Assembly: GCF_051131705.1 (NCBI RefSeq)
Contig: NZ_CP180316.1
Coordinates: 1,276,158 to 1,308,157, forward strand
Direction: 5' to 3'
Length of the DNA: 32,000 nt
From: Arthrobacter sp. A5
GTDB lineage: Bacteria > Actinomycetota > Actinomycetes > Actinomycetales > Micrococcaceae
Below the pieces are notes generated by a model. The model was not told where the DNA came from and did not search any database. It saw nothing but the letters and a program-made list of their open reading frames with translations. Shown here in pieces: positions 8,174 through 16,149 of the stretch (the stretch's first letter is position 1; the number at the start of each line of letters is the position of its first letter). The position numbers and the translations under genes were made by a program.

Positions 8174-8975
8174 CGCGGGAACGGGACTTCCCCACGGGAG
8201 TTTCGTAGTGCGCGACCACCGTTCGGCGGCCGGCCCCGTTTTCCTCGTTGTAGTCGATTGTGCTGACCGAAACGCCGTACAGTGTGGATAATTCGCGGGC
8301 GTTGAGCAGTGCTTCCGCCGTACCGGTCCGCACCGTGTTCTTGTCCATAAGCACCACCGAGTCGGCCAGGAAGAGGGCATGATCCGGATCATGGCTGCTC
8401 AGCAGCAGCGCCATGCCGTCGGCGACCAGGGCGCTTAGGAGCCTTAGCACCTGTATCTGGTTCTTCAGATCGAGCCCGGTCGAGGGCTCATCCAGCACCA
8501 AGGTGGGGGAACCTGCGGCGATGGCCCGGGCGATCAATACCAACTGTTGTTCGCCCCCGCTCAATGTTGGGAAGAGCCGTTCGGCCAGGACACCGATCCC
8601 TACGCGTTCCATCGCCTCGTGCGCCGCCCGCGTGTCGGCCGTTCCCGGTGAGCGGAACACGCGGATTTGCCGGGCCCGTCCCATCAGCACCATGTCCAGG
8701 GCCCGGTAGGCGAAGGCGCTGCCGTGGGCCTGCGGGACATACCCCACGGTGTCATCCCGAAGGACAGTGCCTTCACTGGGTGCCAGGAGTCCGGCGGCGC
8801 AGCGTGCCAGCGTTGTCTTTCCGCTCCCATTGGGCCCGAGAATTGCCGTCGCGGATCCGGCGGACACCCGGAAACTCACGTTCCGGAAGACCCAGTCCCG
8901 GCCACCGGCGCCGGAACCGGAGCGGGCACGGCCCCGTCCCCCATAGGAGAAGCCCGCGTCGTCCAGTTCAAGCAC
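8166..8975 (-). CDS. ABC transporter ATP-binding protein (FepC/BtuD-type)
   Basis: Walker A GPNGSGKTT, signature LSGGEQQ, Walker B LVLDEP. Its start overlaps the permease stop by 8 nt. Confidence 0.9.
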   Translation of the reverse strand: MLELDDAGFSYGGRGRARSGSGAGGRDWVFRNVSFRVSAGSATAILGPNGSGKTTLARCAAGLLAPSEGTVLRDDTVGYVPQAHGSAFAYRALDMVLMGRARQIRVFRSPGTADTRAAHEAMERVGIGVLAERLFPTLSGGEQQLVLIARAIAAGSPTLVLDEPSTGLDLKNQIQVLRLLSALVADGMALLLSSHDPDHALFLADSVVLMDKNTVRTGTAEALLNARELSTLYGVSVSTIDYNEENGAGRRTVVAHYETPVGKSRSRDR

Positions 8976-10044
8976 TGTCCCAGATCCTGTCCCGGTTGTG
9001 CCGCAGCAGCACGAAGAAGACGGGGGCGCCGATCAGCGCCGTCAGCACGCCCAGCGGAATTTCGCCGCCGGTGATGGTGCGGGCGACGGTATCAACGGCG
9101 ATGATGTAGGAGCCGCCGAGCAGAAAGGAGACGGGCAGCAGCACCCTGTGATCCGGCCCCACCCACATTCTGGCCAGATGTGGAATCACCAGCCCCACCC
9201 AGCTGATGACGCCGCTGACGGCCACCGCGCCGGCCACGATCAGGGCCACCGAGATCAGCACCACCCACCTCAGCGTGCGTGGCCGAAGCCCCAGTGCGGC
9301 AGCGTCCTCATCGCCCAGGGAGAGTACGTTTATTCGCCACCGAAGGGCGAGCAGCGCCGAGGTGCCGGCAAGGATTGGTACGACGGCGATCAGCACCTTG
9401 GCATAGCTGGCGGTAGCAACGCTGCCCAGCAGCCAGAAGACGATCGCGGGCAGCGTGCTGAACGGGTCGGCGAGGTAGGTTATGAGCGAGACAAGTGCGG
9501 AAAAGAATGATCCCACCACCACGCCGCCGAGGACGATCAGCAGCATCGGCGTCCCGCCCCGTCCGGAAGTGATCAGGAACAACAGCCCCAGCGCCACCAG
9601 GCCGAAGAGAAAAGAGCCGCTGACCAGCATGATGGCGCCGGCGCCGACGAGCAGCGCGATGGCTCCGCCGAAAGAAGCGCCAGCCGATACCCCGATGATT
9701 TCCGGGCTCACCAAGGGATTGCGGAAGATGGCCTGCAGCGCCGCGCCGCCGATTGCGAGACCGCCGCCGACCAGCAGCGCCAGCATGACCCGGGGGAGGC
9801 GTACCAGCAGCACCACACTTGCCTCGGAACTGGTCGCGGAGCTGTCCAACGGCAGCACATGGGAGAGGAGTGCCTGCACCACGTGCCAGAACGGGACGGT
9901 GTAACGGCCCATGGCCAAGGCCAGTAAAGCAACGCCGAGCAACAGGACGGCGGTGCCCGTCACCGGGCCGAAGGCTTTCGGAGAGCGGAAACGTCGGGGG
10001 TTCCCTAGCCCCACCCGCCGGTGCTCCCGGACCTCATGCGCCAT
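8968..10044 (-). CDS. ABC transporter permease, FecCD/BtuC family
   Basis: Highly hydrophobic protein of about 9-10 TM segments with the FecCD-type conserved region. Its start overlaps the binding-protein stop by 11 nt. Confidence 0.85.
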   Translation of the reverse strand: MAHEVREHRRVGLGNPRRFRSPKAFGPVTGTAVLLLGVALLALAMGRYTVPFWHVVQALLSHVLPLDSSATSSEASVVLLVRLPRVMLALLVGGGLAIGGAALQAIFRNPLVSPEIIGVSAGASFGGAIALLVGAGAIMLVSGSFLFGLVALGLLFLITSGRGGTPMLLIVLGGVVVGSFFSALVSLITYLADPFSTLPAIVFWLLGSVATASYAKVLIAVVPILAGTSALLALRWRINVLSLGDEDAAALGLRPRTLRWVVLISVALIVAGAVAVSGVISWVGLVIPHLARMWVGPDHRVLLPVSFLLGGSYIIAVDTVARTITGGEIPLGVLTALIGAPVFFVLLRHNRDRIWDSA

Positions 10045-11182
10045 TGAACTGCCGGTAGTTGGCTGACTGACCGTTCACCGACGTCCACAGCATAGTGTCG
10101 ATGTCCGCAGAGCTTGGCTCACGGCCGTAGAGGAGCTTGTAGTCGTCCATGATCGTGCTGCGCAGTGGAGAGACCGTCTGATCCGGGAAAGCGATGTCCG
10201 CCAGCCAGCGCCACATCAGCGGCGATTCCTGCCCGGGAGGGTCCCAGCGGTAACCGCCCAGGGGGACTTTGTAGACGCGTCGATCGCGCACCGCTGAGAC
10301 GTCCTTCCAAACCGGGTCCGAGGTGATGTCAGCGGGCAAGGCGTCGTCGAAATTGCCCAGCAGGAGGACCTCCGGGTCCCACGCCAGGACCTGTTCTACG
10401 TCCACCCCGACCATGCCGGAACCCTTGGTACCCTGGTCGCCGGACGCGGGATTCGTTCCGCCCACCAGCTTGATATAGAAGTCGTTGTAGCTGGCATTTC
10501 CCGCCACCTTGAGGCCGCCGGTAAACCGATTGAAGTAGAGGATGCTCGGTCCCTTTCGGGAACGGCTGGCGGTCAGCGCCATGATATTCGTCCGCGTCCG
10601 GTCGCTGCGGGCCTTGATCTGCGCGGCGCGGTCCGGTTTGCCCAGCATCGCGGCAAACATCGCAGTCCAGGCATCCACGTCCTCCTGCTTGCCCGTATTG
10701 GTCAGACCCAGGACCTTCAGCCCCGCGTTTTCGAGCGGTTCCGTGAACTGCGAATCGCTCCACTGCACCACGACGTCCGGATTCAGCGCCCGGATGCTCT
10801 CCACGTTGGGGGTGAAGTCATTGGCGGCGACGTCGTGTGGGATCTTCAGGGCGTCGGGGAACAGCTTGCCCATAATGCCGTCCCGCATGGCGAGCCAGGA
10901 GGCGTTGTGCATGGCGGCCAGATGGTCTGCGCTTTGGTCGACGGCGACGAGCAGCGAGGCGGCGGGCATGGGAATCGTCACGACCAGGGTGACAGGTTTG
11001 TCGAAGGTCAGCGTCTTACCGCGCTGGTCAGTTACAACGATCGGCTGCTGGGCGCTGACGGCGGCGCGCGGCGTGACGGCAGGTTCCGTTTTTGGTTGCC
11101 CGCAGGAGGCGAGGGCCGCCGCACCGCCGGCGACCAAAATGGTGGACAGAGCCGAGCGACGGCTCATGTCAGGGCTGCTCAC
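10034..11182 (-). CDS. ABC transporter substrate-binding lipoprotein (BtuF/FhuD-like)
   Basis: GTG start 7 nt downstream of AAGGAGG. Signal peptide has a twin-Arg (SRRSAL) and a lipobox (LASC). First gene of the three-gene importer operon. Confidence 0.8.
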   Translation of the reverse strand: MSSPDMSRRSALSTILVAGGAAALASCGQPKTEPAVTPRAAVSAQQPIVVTDQRGKTLTFDKPVTLVVTIPMPAASLLVAVDQSADHLAAMHNASWLAMRDGIMGKLFPDALKIPHDVAANDFTPNVESIRALNPDVVVQWSDSQFTEPLENAGLKVLGLTNTGKQEDVDAWTAMFAAMLGKPDRAAQIKARSDRTRTNIMALTASRSRKGPSILYFNRFTGGLKVAGNASYNDFYIKLVGGTNPASGDQGTKGSGMVGVDVEQVLAWDPEVLLLGNFDDALPADITSDPVWKDVSAVRDRRVYKVPLGGYRWDPPGQESPLMWRWLADIAFPDQTVSPLRSTIMDDYKLLYGREPSSADIDTMLWTSVNGQSANYRQFNGA

Positions 11183-11254
11183 GGGCTGGCCTCCTTACGG
11201 TAAAGATCAGCAAAGTATGCATTTTTTCAATTGCTCACAGCATCCGCCCGAACG

Positions 11255-11395
11255 ACAGGGCTGTCAATGACAGCGTCGGCCTGCCGGTGTCCTGTCCCAG
11301 TGGCTTCGGGCAGCCAGTGCAGCGAACGTCCGGCGCCGGGAATTAATGCCGGGACGTCACCTGCTGCGAGGGATCAAATCCTGGTCCTTGTAGCC
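11255..11395 (-). ncRNA. Candidate cobalamin (B12) riboswitch in the leader of the ABC importer operon
   Basis: The minus strand reads ..GGUGACGUCCCGGCAUUAAUUCCCGGCGCCGGACGUUCGCUGCACUGGCUGCCCGAAGCCACUGGGACAGGACACCGGCAGGCC.. It contains the conserved GCCACUG core (plus-strand cagtggc at 11298-11304) and an AAUUCC..GCGCCGGAC..GC.GCACUG segment resembling the AAUCC..GC.G..CCGC.ACUG core. The genomic context is typical for B12 elements. Matching was by eye only; extent approximate. Confidence 0.45.
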
Positions 11396-11448
11396 GGCGG
11401 TGGGTGGTGCTAGCGTCAAAATTACCTTTTGCTGAACGAGGCCGAATC

Positions 11449-12222
11449 ATGGTTATTAACGGTGCCCAGTTGTTTGTCCGTTACGCCTATCCGCCCAATT
11501 CCCGGGGCAGCTGCGGCCCGGAAGACAGCGACGCACTGCTGCATTACGGTCAATCCGGGGTGACGGACCGCGGACTCAAGGAGCTGGCAAAAGGCTTCGC
11601 CGGCGCATGGCCGTATCTTGAGCTGATTGCCGGGGCCACCAAAATCGCCGATCCGCTCGATTACCGGGTGGTGGAGGCCTATTGGGTGGGCAACAGACTG
11701 CTGGACACCGTCGGCGTGACGAATATCGGCAACTCGATGGAGGACCGCTTCCGCGCGCGGACGGGAATGCAGTTCCCGCATCTGGTCGAGGGAGTACTCG
11801 CCGGCGGGGTTCCGCACCACAGCTTCCATGTCTTCGAGATATATCCGTGGCTCGGGCTGCTCCGCGACGACCGCAGATACCCGACGGCGCTGAATGTGCT
11901 GGACCAGTGCCGCATCCGCTGGGGTGAAGTGCTGGCCGTGACCGCGGATGAGGCTGTGGTGCGCTCGCAGCCCCTGGTCTGGGACGGAGCGGTGTTAAGT
12001 CTTGGCCCGGCAATCGTGGAGACGGCCAAGCACGCCGTCGCGGGGGCAGGCTTTGTGGCCGATCTTGCCGTGGGTGACGCGGTATCGCTGCATTGGGATT
12101 GGGTGTGCGACCGTCTCACACCCCTGCAGCTGCAGCGGCTGCAGCACTTTACAACCAGGCACTTGAAGATAGCCAACGTCGGCGTCGAACACCGCGGCAC
12201 TGCCGTAGCGCTGGAACGCTAA
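11449..12222 (+). CDS. Conserved hypothetical protein, convergent with the hydrogenase operon (DUF6390-like by recollection)
   Basis: ATG at 11449. The GTG at 11404 would extend into the divergent riboswitch/promoter region. Coding-like GC3. No catalytic motif recognised. I recall similar proteins beside actinobacterial hhy clusters. Confidence 0.6.
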   Translation: MVINGAQLFVRYAYPPNSRGSCGPEDSDALLHYGQSGVTDRGLKELAKGFAGAWPYLELIAGATKIADPLDYRVVEAYWVGNRLLDTVGVTNIGNSMEDRFRARTGMQFPHLVEGVLAGGVPHHSFHVFEIYPWLGLLRDDRRYPTALNVLDQCRIRWGEVLAVTADEAVVRSQPLVWDGAVLSLGPAIVETAKHAVAGAGFVADLAVGDAVSLHWDWVCDRLTPLQLQRLQHFTTRHLKIANVGVEHRGTAVALER

Positions 12223-12246
12223 CGCCCCATCGCGGAGCGCCCGGTT

Positions 12247-12504
12247 CTAGCCAGCGGTCGCGTCTTCATCCACGCCGGAACCCATGAGCTTCAGGCCGCC
12301 CATCGCCTGCTCGGCTCCGGCCGCATCTACACGTTCCAAGGCGAATCCCATGTGGATAATCACCCACGTCCCCGCTTCCAGGGGCCCCTCGTCCAGCAGA
12401 CCAATGTTGATCTTTCGCCGTACACCGGCAACGTCCACCAGCGCCAGTTGGTCGCCATAGCCGGCCAGCAGTTCAATCACCTGGCCAGGGATTCCCAAGC
12501 ACAT
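12247..12504 (-). CDS. hypC: [NiFe]-hydrogenase maturation chaperone HypC/HupF
   Basis: Diagnostic N-terminus MCLGIPGQV, about 85 aa, last gene of the operon. Confidence 0.9.
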   Translation of the reverse strand: MCLGIPGQVIELLAGYGDQLALVDVAGVRRKINIGLLDEGPLEAGTWVIIHMGFALERVDAAGAEQAMGGLKLMGSGVDEDATAG

Positions 12505-13187
12505 GATCCGTTTCTCCTTACCGCTGGAATACGTTCAGTGATTTCATTGATGAGCTGCCGAATCTCACCCAGCGCGTCGGGTATGGCGGCTTCCACCGAT
12601 TCGGATAAGCCGATTCCTTCAGCCAGGTCACCGGGCACGCATCCCACGACGAACGTCAGAGGAAAGTCGCCGCCCAGGGATTTCATCCTGCCCAGCACGG
12701 CCGCCGGGTCCATGCCATGCGGGTCTAAGGCCGGTGGCCCGCTGCGGCCATGATCCGTGCTGTAATCGCCGTGAAGATCCTCGGGCCGGACCTGCAGAAC
12801 GCGGATGGCTCCGGGCTTCGCCGGCACCCGGCGGGAGCCCCCTGTTCCGTTTCCGCTGTAGCCTGTCAGCGGCGGGACGGCATCGACCAGGATCAGGGCG
12901 TCCACGCCATCCAACAGGTCATAGGCCAGATGCATTCCGCGGATGCCGTAGTCCACCGCGCGGACGCCCGGACTCGCCATGCCGGTATCTGCGCCCATCC
13001 GGCGCACAACCTCCGGGCCGAACCCGTCATCACGCTGGAACATGTTGCCTACTCCGGCCACGAGAATGCAGGCAGGGGCAATCGCACCGTCACCTGCGGG
13101 CACGGGTACAGAGTCACCCGCCATCACACGGTCACCCGCCGGCCCGGCGCTGCTGACTCCCGGGCCGACGGCATCGACGCCGCTCAC
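12477..13187 (-). CDS. [NiFe]-hydrogenase maturation endopeptidase (HyaD/HupD/HybD family)
   Basis: Core ILVAGVGNMFQRDDGFGPEVV and LILVDAV. The GTG start at 13187 overlaps the TGA of the upstream 39-aa ORF (GTGA). The 3' end overlaps hypC by 28 nt. It contains a Gly/Thr-rich insert. Confidence 0.8.
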   Translation of the reverse strand: MSGVDAVGPGVSSAGPAGDRVMAGDSVPVPAGDGAIAPACILVAGVGNMFQRDDGFGPEVVRRMGADTGMASPGVRAVDYGIRGMHLAYDLLDGVDALILVDAVPPLTGYSGNGTGGSRRVPAKPGAIRVLQVRPEDLHGDYSTDHGRSGPPALDPHGMDPAAVLGRMKSLGGDFPLTFVVGCVPGDLAEGIGLSESVEAAIPDALGEIRQLINEITERIPAVRRNGSCAWESLAR

Positions 13188-13303
13188 ATCCGGCTGATTT
13201 TCACGTAGCGGACAATGTCCGGGATCGAACGCACCATCACCGCGATTCCTGTCAGGGCTGTCAGTGCCAACAACACAGCGGACATTTTTCCAAGGCTTCT
13301 CAT
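13184..13303 (-). CDS. Small (39 aa) single-pass membrane peptide; not in the supplied ORF track (its shortest listed ORF is 60 aa)
   Basis: MRSLGKMSAVLLALTALTGIAVMVRSIPDIVRYVKISRM. The ATG lies 1 nt after the upstream TGA (TGAcATG), and its own TGA overlaps the protease GTG. One hydrophobic helix and a basic C-terminus. I recall similar mini-proteins annotated next to actinobacterial hydrogenase proteases. Confidence 0.6.
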   Translation of the reverse strand: MRSLGKMSAVLLALTALTGIAVMVRSIPDIVRYVKISRM

Positions 13304-13304
13304 G

Positions 13305-14816
13305 TCAGGTTCCCTTTCCGTCATTCATCGCGGGTACCGGATCGAGAGGCTCCAGCTCGTCCGGCGAGAAATAGAGGTATCTTCCGTACCACTCCTGCAG
13401 TTCCGCGGCCGGATCCGCTTCAATCACGACGGCGACATGCGTGCCGCCGTCGACGTCAAAATGAACGCCGGTCACGCGCGCCGTCTGTCCGGCAGAGAAC
13501 AGGTCCTGCGCGTCGGCCCGGCGGTTGGGCCGGACCACAACGCGACTGCCCCTGGCGACGGCCACCCCGTTAATGACGACGGCGTCGGCTTCCGGTCTGA
13601 CGCTGGAATCGGCCGCCGGGTCCCACCACGGGGGGCCCGCCAGAGGATCGTCGGTCAGCACCGGGAAGGCAGCGGCAAGGTCAGTACCATCCCGGGGGGC
13701 GCCAAGGAGTCCGGCGCCGCTTCCGGGACCGGCACCAAGCTCTTCTTCCGCATGGGGACTGCGCAGGATGCCGTGCAGAGCCTGCAGTTGAACATCGGTC
13801 ATCGCCTCGCAGCGGTCGATGATGGCCGCAGCCCGCGGATCCGTTGCCCTGGCTTCGGCCTTTTCATCCTCGGTGAGCGTCAGTACGCGCAGCGTAAGGA
13901 TCTCGTCGATTTCGGTTGAATCGTAGAGCGCCACCGAGCTTTCCGGAGCCACGGCGGGATGGTCATAAAGAATGATGGGGGAGATCAGCAGGACGTCGCT
14001 TTGCCCCTCGGGGCCGGCCAGGACAGGCCAGCCGCGGTGCTGCGAGCAGGACGCCGCCGCGGCCCGCGCGTCCTCCGGCGGGTCCAGCAGCGAAATGAAG
14101 TCTGCATCGTGCAGGCTCAGCAGCAGGTGCGTTCCGATGAAGGACAGAGCGATTGCTTCCGGCTTTTTTACTGTCCGGCCCCCTGCCGTGTTTTCAGCAC
14201 TCACCCGAAGACGCAGCAAGCCAGCGGTTGAGGATTCTCCGCCGCCGGTTCCTTCACCGCCGCCGGTACCGCCGAGTGCGGTACCGCCTACTGCGGTCGT
14301 GCCGAGCCCGACCTCGCACTGAAGCGGCAGCCGTCGGCGTACCAGTCGTCCTGCCACCGCACCGGCCGCATCCTGGAGCGTCTCCACTTCTTCGGCACCG
14401 GAAATCTGAACCGGCACAGTCAATCCGCCGGCCAGTTGATCGAGCGCGAACGGACCCAGCATCATCTCCTGTTCGGTCGCCTCGTCCCACGTCAGCCAGC
14501 GGGCCGCACCGATGCTGAGCTCCGACACCGGCGTGAACGTCCCGTCGTCGAACTTTTCGCACGTCCGGGACTGCAACTGTAGGAAGCGCAGATGCACCTC
14601 CAACCGGGCGTGCCGGCCGGCACGCAGCAGGGCATCCGCGAACATGGTTGATTCTTCGCCTGCCCCGGCGGCGGCCGCGCCGGGAGGGCCCAGGATGCCG
14701 AACTGCCAGCGTGACTGGTTTTTCTGTGAGGAGGCACGGTAGGGATAGAGGAGGTACCCCTCGTAAAGGACTGCGTCCGCGATGGCCCTGGCCAGGCTAA
14801 GACTTGGATTCATCAT
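13305..14816 (-). CDS. Conserved hypothetical protein (503 aa) of the Hhy operon
   Basis: The start overlaps the upstream stop (ATGA at 14813-14816). Coding-like composition. Internal Gly/Thr low-complexity insert (GGTALGGTGGGEGTGGGESS). No known catalytic motif recognised. Confidence 0.75.
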   Translation of the reverse strand: MMNPSLSLARAIADAVLYEGYLLYPYRASSQKNQSRWQFGILGPPGAAAAGAGEESTMFADALLRAGRHARLEVHLRFLQLQSRTCEKFDDGTFTPVSELSIGAARWLTWDEATEQEMMLGPFALDQLAGGLTVPVQISGAEEVETLQDAAGAVAGRLVRRRLPLQCEVGLGTTAVGGTALGGTGGGEGTGGGESSTAGLLRLRVSAENTAGGRTVKKPEAIALSFIGTHLLLSLHDADFISLLDPPEDARAAAASCSQHRGWPVLAGPEGQSDVLLISPIILYDHPAVAPESSVALYDSTEIDEILTLRVLTLTEDEKAEARATDPRAAAIIDRCEAMTDVQLQALHGILRSPHAEEELGAGPGSGAGLLGAPRDGTDLAAAFPVLTDDPLAGPPWWDPAADSSVRPEADAVVINGVAVARGSRVVVRPNRRADAQDLFSAGQTARVTGVHFDVDGGTHVAVVIEADPAAELQEWYGRYLYFSPDELEPLDPVPAMNDGKGT

Positions 14817-15454
14817 CGGACCGAATCACCGGCCGCCGCCAATAGCCCTTCAACAGCGGCTTCCCACGTGGTAAGCCCGAGGCTTGATTTGTAATGCGCC
14901 AGCGCTTTAAGTACATCCCGGTCAAGCCGGATCCAGCCGCTGTTGGGAAAATGTTGGTCCATCAGTTCAGTCCAGGTAGAGACCGGCAGTTGGAACGACG
15001 CCTCGCGGTCCCATGGGACCTGTTCGACGCCGAACCCCGTGACTCCCTTGGTGAAGATCGTTCCCGAGAACAGCAGTTCCACGGGGATGGTGCGCTCGCG
15101 GAGCGCATGCAGGTACTTCGCCGCCGCGACCTCGAAGTCGAACGTACATGGAAGTGCCAGATCCACCTCGGCCTGTCCGGTGAAACCCTGCACCATGGTG
15201 CTGCACTGCATCCAAAGGAAGGGCTTCAGCGTCGAAGGCCAGCGCACGCGGGTTCCGAAAAGATCCAGCAGACCGGCTTCCTCCTCCGGGGTGTAGCCCC
15301 TGCGCTGCGGCTGAATCCGCACCTGGCAGCGCAGCGCTATAGCATGGATTGCCGCCCCGGTGGATTCGGTCAGGAACAGCCGGGCGGTCAACTGGGGGGA
15401 GGCGGCATAGCGTTCCGGGATAATGTCCAGAACACTGAAGCCAAGGTCCGTCAT
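14813..15454 (-). CDS. Conserved hypothetical protein (213 aa), DUF6084-like by recollection
   Basis: 4-nt overlaps on both sides (15451-15454 and 14813-14816). No cofactor motif seen. Confidence 0.75.
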   Translation of the reverse strand: MTDLGFSVLDIIPERYAASPQLTARLFLTESTGAAIHAIALRCQVRIQPQRRGYTPEEEAGLLDLFGTRVRWPSTLKPFLWMQCSTMVQGFTGQAEVDLALPCTFDFEVAAAKYLHALRERTIPVELLFSGTIFTKGVTGFGVEQVPWDREASFQLPVSTWTELMDQHFPNSGWIRLDRDVLKALAHYKSSLGLTTWEAAVEGLLAAAGDSVR

Positions 15455-16149
15455 GGCCGGGGCCCGCTTCCGGCGTGGACCGATCCGGAGAAAGTGCCGG
15501 GATAAGGTCTGCTGCGGTTGTTCACACGCTCAAAGAACGCGGTGAGCTGGGCACGCGCGTCTTGGCCGCCGTCGAAGCCCCGCCAGACCTTGCGCAGTTG
15601 GCCGACCAGTTCATAGCAGGCATCAATCGGCACGAGATGGCAATCGGCCTTCAGGCGCTCCGGTCCGGGAGCACGGATCAGCAAAGCCTCCGTGTCCGGC
15701 ACGGCAACGGCAACGGCAGGGTTGCTGGCCAGCACCGGGTCCCAGGCCCCCAGCGGCAACTCTGACTCGGTGGCACCGGCGGGGCCAGGATAAAATGCAA
15801 CGGTCCGCCCCATCCGGGAATTGGTGAAGAAGAATGCCAAGCCAACGGGAATCTCAAGTTCATCCCACCCGCCGCTTCCCAGTTCAAAGCCGGGGAAGGA
15901 AAGGTAACGCTCGGGCACCGAACGGTAACGCAGGTGCGCCGTCGCATCGGTGAAGAGCAGGTAGCACGGGCGGCAAGTGCACATCAGTGCGCGGCTGTCC
16001 ACGTCCACCACGTGCTGGTGTTTTTCCGCAAGAGGCTCGGCGCACATCTCACAGCGCTCGCCAGCGGTGGCGGCTGGACGACTGACAGCGATGCGCCGGA
16101 GCATGGCAACCGGCCCTGCAGCTGCGATGCTGCCTGTTCCGGTGTTCAC
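15451..16149 (-). CDS. Conserved hypothetical Cys-motif protein (232 aa), DUF5947-like by recollection
   Basis: N-terminal Cys cluster CEMCAEPL..HQHVVD..LMCTCRPC suggests a metal site. 4-nt overlaps with both neighbours. Confidence 0.75.
   Translation of the reverse strand: MNTGTGSIAAAGPVAMLRRIAVSRPAATAGERCEMCAEPLAEKHQHVVDVDSRALMCTCRPCYLLFTDATAHLRYRSVPERYLSFPGFELGSGGWDELEIPVGLAFFFTNSRMGRTVAFYPGPAGATESELPLGAWDPVLASNPAVAVAVPDTEALLIRAPGPERLKADCHLVPIDACYELVGQLRKVWRGFDGGQDARAQLTAFFERVNNRSRPYPGTFSGSVHAGSGPRP

Noticed and set aside
7817-8392. Overlapping ORFs on both strands around 8021-8392 encoding similar ..IDDxLGAHVV.. peptides
   Set aside because: The similarity is a by-product of the 8108-8173 inverted repeat. 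Both ORFs overlap the real dctA or ATPase genes.
13215-13919. 234-aa plus-strand ORF spanning the 13188-13304 gap
   Set aside because: It is antisense to the 39-aa coupled ORF and the 503-aa gene. It has no RBS or motifs, and the minus-strand reading fits operon coupling much better.
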